DNA of 64,000 bases from Paramoeba atlantica (lineage: Eukaryota; Protista; Discosea), in contig CDRNVI010000141.1 of NCBI GenBank assembly GCA_977017575.1, forward strand, positions 1-64,000. The letters are read 5' to 3'. How positions within the stretch are numbered: the first letter of the stretch is position 1; each line of letters starts with the position of its first letter. The notes under the pieces are model-generated. The model saw nothing but the letters and a program-made list of their open reading frames with translations. It was not told where the DNA came from and ran no database searches. The position numbers and the translations under genes are program-made. This document shows positions 1 through 10,856 of the stretch, in pieces.

Positions 1-636
1 CCTAAACCCTAAACCCTAAACCCTAAACCCTAAACCCTAAACCCTAAACCCTAAACCCTAAACCCTAAACCCTAAACCCTAAACCCTAAACCCTAAACCC
101 TAAACCCTAAACCCTAAACCCTAAACCCTAAACCCTAAACCCTAAACCCTAAACCCTAAACCCTAAACCCTAAACCCTAAACCCTAAACCCTAAACCCTA
201 AACCCTAAACCCTAAACCCTAAACCCTAAACCCTAAACCCTAAACCCTAAACCCTAAACCCTAAACCCTAAACCCTAAACCCTAAACCCTAAACCCTAAA
301 CCCTAAACCCTAAACCCTAAACCCTAAACCCTAAACCCTAAACCCTAAACCCTAAACCCTAAACCCTAAACCCTAAACCCTAAACCCTAAACCCTAAACC
401 CTAAACCCTAAACCCTAAACCCTAAACCCTAAACCCTAAACCCTAAACCCTAAACCCTAAACCCTAAACCCTAAACCCTAAACCCTAAACCCTAAACCCT
501 AAACCCTAAACCCTAAAACCCTAAACCCTAAACCCTAAACCCTAAACCCTAAACCCTAAACCCTAAACCCTAAACCCTAAACCCTAAACCCTAAACCCTA
601 AACCCTAAACCCTAAACCCTAAACCCTAAACCCTAA
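1..636. repeat. Telomeric array (CCCTAAA)n = TTTAGGG-type telomere, left chromosome end
   Basis: About 91 uninterrupted CCCTAAA units from base 1, with one CCCTAAAA variant at 511-518; abrupt end at 636. Confidence 0.99.
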
Positions 637-678
637 TTTTCTCTTGGCCCCTGCAACCCCACACTTTTGTTTTGTTTC

Positions 679-1475
679 AAGGGGGGAGGTGTTGGGGTGA
701 GACCTGCTTCCAACACAGAAGTTGTGCCTTTCAGTGCCTTTTCAGTTCCTTGAGCCTCCCTAAGCCTTCCCTGAGCTTCCTTGATGCCTTTTATCATGAG
801 TTTTGGTCCTTTCGGAGAGCCCTGAGCCTCACAGACAGCTGCGCACCATTTTATCGTGATTTTAGCCAAAATCACAAGATTTTTAGTGCTCTTTTGATTC
901 AGTTTTCACATTCATGTTTTTTTTGCCCCCTTTTTTCTTGCTGCTTTGCCACCTTCTGCTTTCTTTCTGCTTTCTTGTTGCTCTCTCTCTCTCTTTGCTT
1001 TCCTTTGTGATCTTTTGGCTTGCCTTGCTTGCTTTCTGTTCTCTTCTTTTGTTGTCATCATCTTTTGTTGCTTTCTTCCTTCTTTGGTTGCTGTGTAGAC
1101 TTGGGATTCTGATTTGAGTTGAGTTTTGGTGATTCTGTGCTTTTCGCAGTTGTGATTTCTTTTGTTGTTCTTCTTCTTGCTTTTCTGTTTCTTTGTTGTT
1201 GTTTTCTTGTTCTGTTTGTGTTGGCTGGAGATCTTTTCCATAAAGGTTTTGATCCAGAGTTTCTGTTTCTCTTTCTTTTCTCTTGTTTTCTCTGTTGATC
1301 CTGCTCCCCTCCTCACACTTCTTTTTGCTTTTTTGTTTTCTTGTTGTTGTTTTCTTGTTCTGTTAGTGTTGGCTGGAGATTCTTTCCATAAAGGTTTTGA
1401 TTCAGAGTTTCTGTTTCTCTTTCTTTTCTCTTGTTTTCTCTGTTGATCCTGCTCCCCTCCTCACATCTATCCTCA
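679..1475 (+). mobile_element. 3' LTR (family G) with polypurine tract of a telomere-truncated LTR retrotransposon
   Basis: PPT AAGGGGGGAGG (679-689) directly precedes TGTTGG (690). The sequence matches the solo LTR at 23104-23773. Internal ~147-bp tandem duplication (about 1172-1466). Confidence 0.75.
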
Positions 1476-1550
1476 TTATCTTTAATCTTAAAAAATTAGT
1501 GGTTTTGGGTTAAGCTATTATTTAATAAAGTCCAGTATTAAAAAGAAAAA
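1466..1550 (+). mobile_element. SINE C 3' fragment
   Basis: Matches the reverse complement of the 3' ends of the copies at 27168 and 28282 (AATAAAGTCCAGT plus A-rich tail). Confidence 0.75.
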
Positions 1551-2600
1551 GAGCTGAGCATATCTACTGATAGCTCTTAGCTAACTCTATTCAATTATGT
1601 TCTCCAGAAGCTCTAACTTGTCTTTCAGTAGAGTTGCTGGAGGAAATGCTAATTCAGCACCATTATTTTTGAAAAAAGCAGTTCCAGGTATGAACCAAAC
1701 AATTGCTAAGCTTTGGAAGATGATTGATATGAAGAATGCCTCTCTCTCCACCCACCTTGTTACTAAATTTAACCCATTTCTCATTAAAGGAGTTAAAGTA
1801 CTCTTCCCAGTAGGAGTCTTTACCTTTCCCAACAAGATTCCTACCTTTCCCAACTTCCTGAAAGCTATTGAAAGTCAAACCAATCTTAAGGGAAGTATTA
1901 GAGTGAAGGCAAAGGTCAAGCACTATGCTATCTTTGCTCACAAGAAGGAAGACATCCTTATAATCCAATCTATTATTAAAAAAAAAAGGAAATCTAATTG
2001 CCAACTAACTTGAAAGTACTTATATCTAGAGAGTCAATCATGATAAGGGTTGGTGCTTGTAGTTTAGTTATAAATTTAACTATATCCAACCAGATTACAT
2101 TTCAGCCTTGTCTGCTAAAAAGTTGAAGATAAAATCCTTTGAAAGAAGCTTTGGATTATTCTCCCTTCTAATATATATCCTCCAACCTAAACTTGCAGAA
2201 GTTCTAAAGTTCAACATAAAGACCAACTAAACTAAGCTGAAGTTTAAAACTTCACTTCTTGTTAAAGGTTAAAAACAAACATAATTTAATGTAATTCAAA
2301 TGGTTTAGATTAAGAACTACTAATTGAATAAAGTTTGCCTCAAAAAGAAAAATTTCTTCCTTTGAAACCATTTTTGTGATTGAGAAAGTACTTCACCCCT
2401 CTAAAACCTGGTTACCCTCAATTGGAGGAAAACCTGGCTCCTCTCTTGCAGACTCTATTATGTAGAATTGAAGTTTGACAAGATTACCCAATCTCCTATG
2501 AAAAAGCAATCAGTACTCTTTTGAATTACTTAAAGTGCTTTGTTTTCAAATGTATAAACTTTCTAACCTTTGGTCTACAATGTTTAAAACCAACTTTAAA
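1551..2600 (+). mobile_element. LINE A copy with large internal deletions (5' UTR/ORF1 start, RT pieces)
   Basis: ORF 1597-2013 matches the ORF1 N-terminus at 22322-22894. 2360-2480 encodes IEKVLHPSKTWLPSIGGKPGS, as in the RT at 18705-18995. 2490-2600 matches 18420-18540. Confidence 0.85.
2047..2351 (+). mobile_element. SINE D, internally deleted copy
   Basis: Head GGGTTGGTGC and 3' end AATAAAGTTTGCCTC plus A tail match 9978-10403; about 110 bp are missing including the B box. Confidence 0.85.
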
Positions 2601-2736
2601 AGCAAAAGATTTTAGAGCTTAGTAATCACAATTTCAAAACCAAAAGATTCATGATTGATCAGATTTCATAGAAAAAAATTCATTCAAAGAAATATTGGTA
2701 ACTTCCATAAGGAAATCCAAAAGTAATCTACTCAAT

Positions 2737-3161
2737 GGAGTTGGTGCCTATAATTTAGTCATAAATTCAACTATGTTCAATCTTGGAGGGGATGAGTTCA
2801 AATTCTAGTTTTTCAAATTTTAGAAAATTTTTCTAATCCTATAAAGTGATTTGATTAGAGTGAAAAGCTTTTGAAGAAGTGTGAAAATTAGAACAAGTTA
2901 CATTTTAACCCAATTTGCTAAAAAGTTAAAAATAAATTCCTTTAGAAGAAGTTTTGAATTATTTTCTCTTTTAATATGTATCCTCCAGCCTGAACTTATA
3001 AAAGTTCTAAAGTTTAGTATAAAGACCAACTGAACTAAGCTGAAGTTTAAAACTTTACCTCTTGTTAAAGATTAAAAACAAACTTAATTTAATGTAATTC
3101 AAATAGCTTAGATTAAAAACTACTAATTGAATAAAATCTACCTCAAAAAGAAAAAAAAAAA
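2737..3161 (+). mobile_element. SINE D, diverged full-length copy
   Basis: Colinear with 9978-10403; A tail at 3145-3161. Confidence 0.85.
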
Positions 3162-3459
3162 CTTCTATGATAAGAAATTGAAGAATTTTATAATATTTAA
3201 TAAAATAAATATTTATTTTAAGTTGAAAGAAAGAATATTTCTATCAAAAATATAAAAGAAGATAATAAAATAGGTTGAAGTAGTATTAATTAATATAAAA
3301 TTAGAAAAAAAAAACTATAATTTAAGATATAAAGTTCTATTATTTAATTTCACTTTTTCTATTTTACTTAATTAGTTAAAGTAACTTAACTTTATCTACT
3401 TTTATATTATTTACAAATACCTTTCTTTAATCAATTTAAAAAAAAAAAAAAAAAAAAAA

Positions 3460-6400
3460 TAGAAGGTTCAAAATACAATTTATTTGAATTTCCTATTTTT
3501 TGTTATAGTGTGTATCTTTGTGGCTGGTTACCACAGAAAATATTATGAAAATCTTTTCATCTAATGTAAAGGAAGGAAAGAGATTTTCTATTAAGAACAC
3601 TTAATTAAGACAAACAAATAGTGAATCATTTGCTCAAGTTGTTAAAAAAAGCAAAAAAAAGAAAAAACCTCTCAAAACCAAGGAAGGCTTTCCAGCCTTC
3701 AAAGATCTTATTGATGTGTTGTACAAAATTGATTGGAAGAATATTAAACTATATTAAGGTTTAATTATGCACTTGAATCCAAAAATTGTTGTTGGAGCTA
3801 AGTCAAGACCAACAAAGTTAGTGAAATCACTGGATTTCAGACCAGAGCTCCTCAACTTCAATAAGGTTATCAAAGCAATTAAACATATGACTTCTTTTAA
3901 AGAAAGATTTTTGTAAATATCAAACAAAGCCATTTTGTAATCTCAACACTCAAAAACATAGATGTTGCAAGTATAGAAAAAGAGTTTTTGAACAAAGGTA
4001 ATGAATTGGCCAAAAAACTCAAAAATCTTTTATTTGGAGGAACAATAAGAACACAAAATTGTGAAAGCTTAAAATTAAGGTTTCTTTTGAAGCTAAGGGT
4101 GTAAAGTAGATCCAGAATCTTTTTGCTGGTTCAAATTCTCTTTTGAAACATAATTTGAAAGAAGTAGTACAAATCGTCTAGAATTGTATTATTTTGTTTT
4201 ACATCCAAATTTTTATTAACCTTGTCCTTTTTATTGCTCACATCAAGAGATGACAAGCTTGAGTCTTTGTTTAGACCTCAGCAAGACCCTTTAATACAGT
4301 GGTGAAATGCATCACTTGCCAAATTAACTATCTTGCTTGTTTATTGTTTATTTGAAATTTTACAAAAAAAAAATTCAAGTGAAGTAGACAATATGGTAAG
4401 AACAGAAATGTACTTGATCAACACCTGCAATCCTAAAGAAGTTAAGATAAGAAAACAAATTGCCAAAGATGATGTACAATTTAACTTCATTCTTTCTGAA
4501 GGAGTCTTTTCATCCTGTACCCCCCTCAGAAATACTGGTAAGTCTATGGTAGTGGATTTTGAGAGAACAGATCAATTTTCCCCCAAGTCACATGCTTTGT
4601 TTAAGCCTTCCAAGGGTCTCCCCTATAGGTGTTAAAAAAGATAGCTTAAATTTACCTATGCATAATTTTAGAGATCAAAAGTTGGTGTTTTATTTATCTA
4701 ATGTTATTCCTACAAAACCTACCCCTCCAAAAGACCTCTCTCCTGTGAAGAAGAGCTATAAAGCTGTACCCAACAACTTCAAAGTACCTTCTTCCATAAC
4801 TAAGGAATCAGCTGTTCAAAGAAGTTCCTCTATGGGTCTAATCAAGCATGATGCTGCAACTTTGATTAAAATAAGTTCATTTTCTCCCATCAAAACCAAA
4901 ACCACTTCTAAAATAAATAAAACTATTAGTGAAAGCAACAAACAAGTCAGTAAATCCCCAGTGCTCCCCATATCACCAGCTCAGCAGTTACAAACTCAAC
5001 AAAAAAGAAGGGTACTTGGCCATTGGTGAATATAAATTCCAACTTAGTAGTCCCTTCTTTTAAGTTTGCTTCTTTACAACTAAAAGAGATTGTGGGCAAG
5101 TCAAGAAATGGTGCTGATCCTTTGATTCAGAAGAAGGAAAACAGGAAAAGTCAACTTGTTTCTGGTCCTGCCCCTATCTTCATCAATGAAGAAGATTTAC
5201 CAATTGAAAATGTATTGGTGGAGAAACTCAACAACAAAAGAGAAGTAAAATTAATATTAAAAAAATTGAATTTGAACATTAAATAAGCAAATACAACTAA
5301 GAATTTTGGAAGAGTCTATAAAAGGTTGGAAAATGGTTCAATTTTCCCAGAGGATAGGAAATTAAGGCATCAAGCTTTCTACTTTGTGAAGATAGAATGC
5401 ACTAAGAGAAAAAAGAGTGAATTAAAAGAAATGATTAATATTAGAGTAGGGTGGGAGAAAAGAAAGAATGAGAGTGAAGAGGAAAAAGGAAAAGTATCAT
5501 AAAAGAAAAGAAGAATCACACAAGAAAAAGAAAGTGGGGAAAGAAAGTCAGTGAACCTTCCAAATGAGGAAGGGGTGGGCATCAACCATCTGTTTATGGA
5601 AAAACCTGAGGAAAGAAGTGATGATATTCAAGATAGTACCCCCTTTTCTTTTTCATTTAAAGGTTTAGATATGAGAGTAGAAAGAAGAAAGAAGGAAAAG
5701 GGGGAAGCTATGAAGATTGAAATGAATGAGGAGTCTGCTAGAACAACCCAAGCAAGGAGAGAGAGTGAGGGAGGGAAGTTAATTATTTAAAAAAAAAAAA
5801 AAAAAAAAAAACAAACAAATAATGATTAAACTTAAAAAGAGAAAGAATAAGAAGAGAAAGGAAAAAGAATTGGTGGATATCAGAAGTAGCTTTGATGTGT
5901 GTTGGCCCCTAGGAAACTCCTTCCCCAACAATAAACTTGCCTAATATAACCTAATTAGAGTGCTTCCCATCAAATCCTCTAAATGATCTTGGAGTTAATT
6001 CATGTGATAGATCCTCAGCTAATGTAATTGAATATGATGAATGTAGGTTTTCCAATGCACATGTTATTTCCTGAAACATGAATGAAGTTTAAAATTTCAA
6101 CAAATTGAAAACTCTTCAGAAAATAGCTGGGAATTGTTGGCCTCTTTTCATTTTGATTCAAGAATCTCACTCTGATTCTGAATGTAACCTTGATCTTATT
6201 AAGAACCAATTGAGAAAGTATATTTAGTTGAGAGACAATTTTTTTGGAAAGAGAAGGGATCTGCTCATTGGAGTTAAGCAGATGGAGGGGGTGAAAGAGA
6301 TTTCTCTTTGTTTCTTTGATTAAACCATGAGTGGATTATTTGAAGTTTATGTGACTATTAAATCAACAAACTATTCTATTCTAAATATATACTATCATTC

Positions 6401-8919
6401 TGACCTTAAAGTAGTCACCATCTTGCAGAAGGCCACTTGGTTCTTTGGCTAGAATCCCAGAAGCATAAATATCTTTAAAGGTGATTTCAACTAAAATGTG
6501 AGGGAAAAACAAATAGAAGAGATTGAACAGTGTTGTACTTCCTTCTGTATGTTACACTTGAAATGGAATGAACCCACCCATTATAAAGGAAGATGTATCA
6601 ATCATATTTTCTTCTCATCTAAGACTCCATTAAAATGATTGTTTATCAATACCATCCCATATGGCTTTAAAGATCATGCACTATTGATTGGAAGATCCTT
6701 ATTTAAGAAATGGGAGATTTGAGTGAATAAGAAATTCATCTTTGAGTATTTGATTAATAACCATGGATTCATCAACACTCTTATTGAGAGGATGGGTACT
6801 TTCTTTAAGGATGATGATTCTAATGAGTTTTTGATCAGGTTCAAGATCACAGCTTGGGAATTAGTTCCCTACTGGAGAGAGAGAAACATTGAGGCAGCAT
6901 TGTTTAGAGAACTGTGGAAGATCCATTTTCTTGTAAGATCCCTTTGCAATTCTCACATTCTTAGGAAATCTACTGTCCAGAGGCCATACTCTTCCCTTGA
7001 AATGGGTCTGTTGGATCAAGCCTCTTTTGGTTGGAAGGGTTTGAAGAAAGGAAAGTTGTGGAGGAGAAGAATAATCCCCAGAATGATTTCTGCAGCATTC
7101 AAGAAGATTGAATGTATTGAAGGACAGTTGGGGATCTTTATTAACAATCACTCTGTGAGGCCTAAAGTGAGATCATCCCTAAGGGTTAAAGGAATTGTTG
7201 TGGATGGGGTCATTTCCAGAGATAATAGTATGGTTTAGAAAGCAATTAAAGAATTTTGTGGAAATCTTTTGAGTTTAGTGAGGCTGTACAACAAGGACTC
7301 TCTTTAGAAGCTGATTGAAAACTATAAACCTTAGTTTCTTAAGATTGATTATCATGTTGTTGATGGGGTCAAGGTTGATAAACTGCTGCAATGGTACAAT
7401 AATTCAAGTGCTGGCCCAGATGGTATTCCCTTTACTCTCTACAAAGTGACAAGTGAACAACTGTGTGATATGTGGTGTGAACTTATCTCAAGAGTTGGAG
7501 AATTAATGGATTTTTTTAAGTCATTTGGGAAGAGTCAACTTATGTTGCTACCCAAGATTGAGAATATTCCTTATCCTGACCAATTTCAACCAATAAGTAT
7601 TATCAATTCTGATTATTGGATTGTGATGAGATATTGGGCCAAATGGCTGATGGAAAGTGCCAGAGAGGTGATTTTCCCTGAACAAAATGCTATGTTTGCT
7701 GGAAGGTCCATTGATAATACAGTAGAATTGATATATGATGGGTTTATGGAAGCTGTGGCAAAGGGCAAAGACATGACCATCCTCCAAACTGACTTTTGTA
7801 AGGCCTATGACTATATTAACCACAAAGCCTCTATAAAGTTGCTGATTGGGTTGAATACTCCACTTCAAGCCTTTGAAGTTGTATCTAAAGTACTGCAAGA
7901 GTTAGATACATAGCTTTCAACTGTAGGATTGAATGATAAGATATAAAAGAAAGCCATCAAGAGCTGGACTGATGTGTGACAAAGCTGCTTCATTTCACTT
8001 CTATTGTTCATTATTCTTTTTGATGTTTTGTTGGTTAGTTTAAACAATGGAGATGACCTAAAGAAGCTTGCTGGGTTTATGGATGACTTAGCCCTTTTCC
8101 TTCACAGGGTCCAATCCATAAATTCCTTAACTTTAATCTTCCAAAAATATGAACAAAGAACTGAAGCTAAACTCAACTACAATAAATGTTTTGTATTATC
8201 AATTGAAAAGACCCTTGAGTTGAAATGCCTTTGGCTAATTATTTGAGAGAAAAGACTGTATACTTGGGAATTATAATTTCTTGAAGAATGAACCCAACTA
8301 AGGATTGAGAAGAGGTGATCAAGAAAATACAAAAAGTTGGAACAGCAATTAAGCAAAAGAAAGGCAGCTTCAATGAGAGAGTTTAGATGATTAATACTTA
8401 TCTTATTCCTTGTATGGATTATTTGGCAAGATTTAAGCTTATCTCAAAAGCTATCTTCTCAAAGATGTGGAAAGCCATTCATTCAGCCTTAGGTATATAT
8501 GCAAATCTAAAGTCTTATGTAATGACTTCTCTTTGTCCCCTGTTCTTTGAAAAACCCCAAGTTAAACACCCTATTCTGTTCAACTGAGCTCTACTGGTAT
8601 CAAGAAAGCCTCTCTAAGATTATTATAAGAATTTATTGTCCATTGGAGCTATGAGGATTGATGCTTTAGAAGCTAATAGGGTTATCTTAGAATAAATGAG
8701 AATGGGCTCCAAAACCAAGAGATCTTTCTCTCTCCTATCTTAAAACATTTTTGTGGGAGTGAAGAATTTCTATGTAGGGGATGGCTGCTTGAAATGTATG
8801 ATCTATAATTTATCTCTTCCACAAAGACTCCAGATTAAACAAAATCTTCTGAAGTTCTTTTTGAGGGACCTCCCAACTATGGATAAAATTGTCCATTTCA
8901 CATTTGTGAGTTTACTTTG
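3460..8919 (+). mobile_element. LINE family F (L1/Tx1-like), decayed; 3' part interrupted by LINE A
   Basis: APE start near 6054 (S*N...LIQESH). RT motifs PKIENIPYPDQFQPIS, QTDFCKAYD (7446-7913) and FMDDL (8004-8246). ORF1 remnants 3545-5790. Many stops and frameshifts. Confidence 0.9.
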
Positions 8920-9385
8920 TTTTTTTTTCACTAAACATCAGAAGATGCCATTAATTTATTAAGATAAAAAACCATCATATAGATGGAAAAGTTAGTTTAG
9001 GTTTTACCAATTGGTAACATAAGCATAGTTAATTATATTTAAATCAGTTAAATATTAGCATAGTTTGTTAATCTTTATCATTACTTGGAGGAGGCCTACC
9101 TTCTTTAAAGGTTATATGTCTTTTTTTCTTTTTTTTCCTTTTCTTTCTATTCTTTTCATTATCCAACATGCTTTCACATAACTTGTTGCTTGGAATTGAA
9201 GTAGAATATACATCATGGAGATCTTTAGAGAGGGCTACAGGGGTTATCAAGGTTCCATCAGGAGAGAAAGGTTTGGGGAAGTATACCACTTGAGTTGTAA
9301 TTACTAATCCTTGAAATTTCCTCAAGAGTGAGGCAGAGGGAATGGGATAACTTCAATTATGTTTGAGGGGGTTGTTCAGTTTAGT

Positions 9386-9977
9386 TCATAAGAGAGAGTT
9401 ATCAACAATCCATTCTTCTTCAGTTTTTCCAACTGGTTTAGCATGAGGGTTCCATTTGGAATCATTAACAGCAGTCATTCCATCCATAACTGACCAACTA
9501 GCAGCAGTAGCAATAGCATCAGCATGTTTGTTAAGTTCACAGAAAACATGGATAAATTCAGCATCTTCAAATCTAGCAGCAGTAGCTTTAATCTCTATCA
9601 ACAGGAGGTTAAGTTTATGGTTGCTAATATTGTGATTCTTAAGAGCTGCCTTGGTTAATATCATACAATCACCAACAATTTGGATGTGGGAACCCAAACC
9701 TCTTGCATTCTTTAATCCCAGGAGACAGCCTTTGAATTCACCAACATTATTTGTACCAAAGGGAATAGTTTCAGCACCAGCCAGGATTTCCTTTCCATTT
9801 CTGAAGATAGCATAACCTGCACCACCAAGATGAGGATCAGTACAGCTTGAACCATCATAGAAAACTTGTAAGCCTTTAAACTTGAACTTTTCAATCTCTC
9901 TCTTCTTTTTTGCAGAGGTTGGGTCTTTACAAGGAGGTTTGGGAAGGAGTTTGTTCTTCTTTAAGACTTTGTGAAAG
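9386..9977 (-). pseudogene. RNase H domain (archaeal/plant-type RNase HI) of LINE A ORF2
   Basis: VFYDGSS..GGAG..TNNVGEFKGCLLGL..IVGDC..FIHV..NKHADAIA, with the D-E-D-D acidic set present. Confidence 0.9.
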
Positions 9978-10403
9978 TTGGGGTTGGTGCCCATAGTTTA
10001 GTCATAAATTCGACTATGTCCAACCCTGGGGGGGCAAGTTCAAATCCCAGTTTTTTGATATTATAGAAAATTTTTCTGGTGCTGTAGAGTGATTTGATTG
10101 GAGTGAGGAGCTCTTGAAGAAGTGTGAAAATCAGAACAGGTTACATCTCAGCCCTGTCTGCTAAAAAGTTGAGGATAAATTCCCTTGGAAGGAGCTTTGG
10201 ATTATTCTCCCTTCTGATGTGCATCCTCCAGCCTGAACTTGCAGAAGTTCTAAAGTTCAGCATAAAGATTGACTGAACTAAGCTGAAGTTTAAAACTTCA
10301 CCTCTCATTAGAGGTTAAAAACAAACATAATTTAATATAATTCAAATGGCTTAGATTAAGAACTACTAATTGAATAAAGTTTGCCTCAAAAAAAAAAAAA
10401 AAA
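9978..10403 (+). mobile_element. SINE D (tRNA-derived), full length
   Basis: A-box-like TAGTTTAGTC, B-box-like AGTTCAAATCC, AATAAA, A tail. 15-bp TSD AAGACTTTGTGAAAG at 9963-9977 and 10404-10418. Confidence 0.93.
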
Positions 10404-10856
10404 AAGACTTTGTGAAAGATATCAATAGCATACTCAGCAGATTGGGATCCTTCAGCACACACAGTTATCCACAGTGCAAGTAAGGCAGCACTCACTATTA
10501 AGGTGAAAAGGTTTGAATAGTATTGAGCAGTTAGTCCACACACAAAAGAAGAGGATTCCCAAGATGGGAGTTTCAACTTGATGCAGTTACATCTTTTTTT
10601 TTTTTAAGGTTCAGACACCAGGTGCCATTTATTAGAGTTAAAAAACCATCTCTAGGATGGAAAAGAGGGGGGAAGAAAGGGGGGGGGGAGGGGAGATAAA
10701 TTAAGAGTTAGATCCAAAGATCTCTTTAGCATGGGATGCATTGGAGTTTCTTTACTAACTTTAGTTCTCACAAAAGGGTCTGCATTTGATTGTCCACCTT
10801 CTAAAACCAGGGAGTGAATTCAGATTGAAGGTTTCTATGAAGTTAATTACATTCCT

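Noticed and set aside
633-1316. Minus-strand ORFs in LTR G (KEAQG repeats) as a gag-like protein
   Set aside because: They arise from an ~11-bp repeat and a T-poor strand, and the frames are not conserved between G copies.
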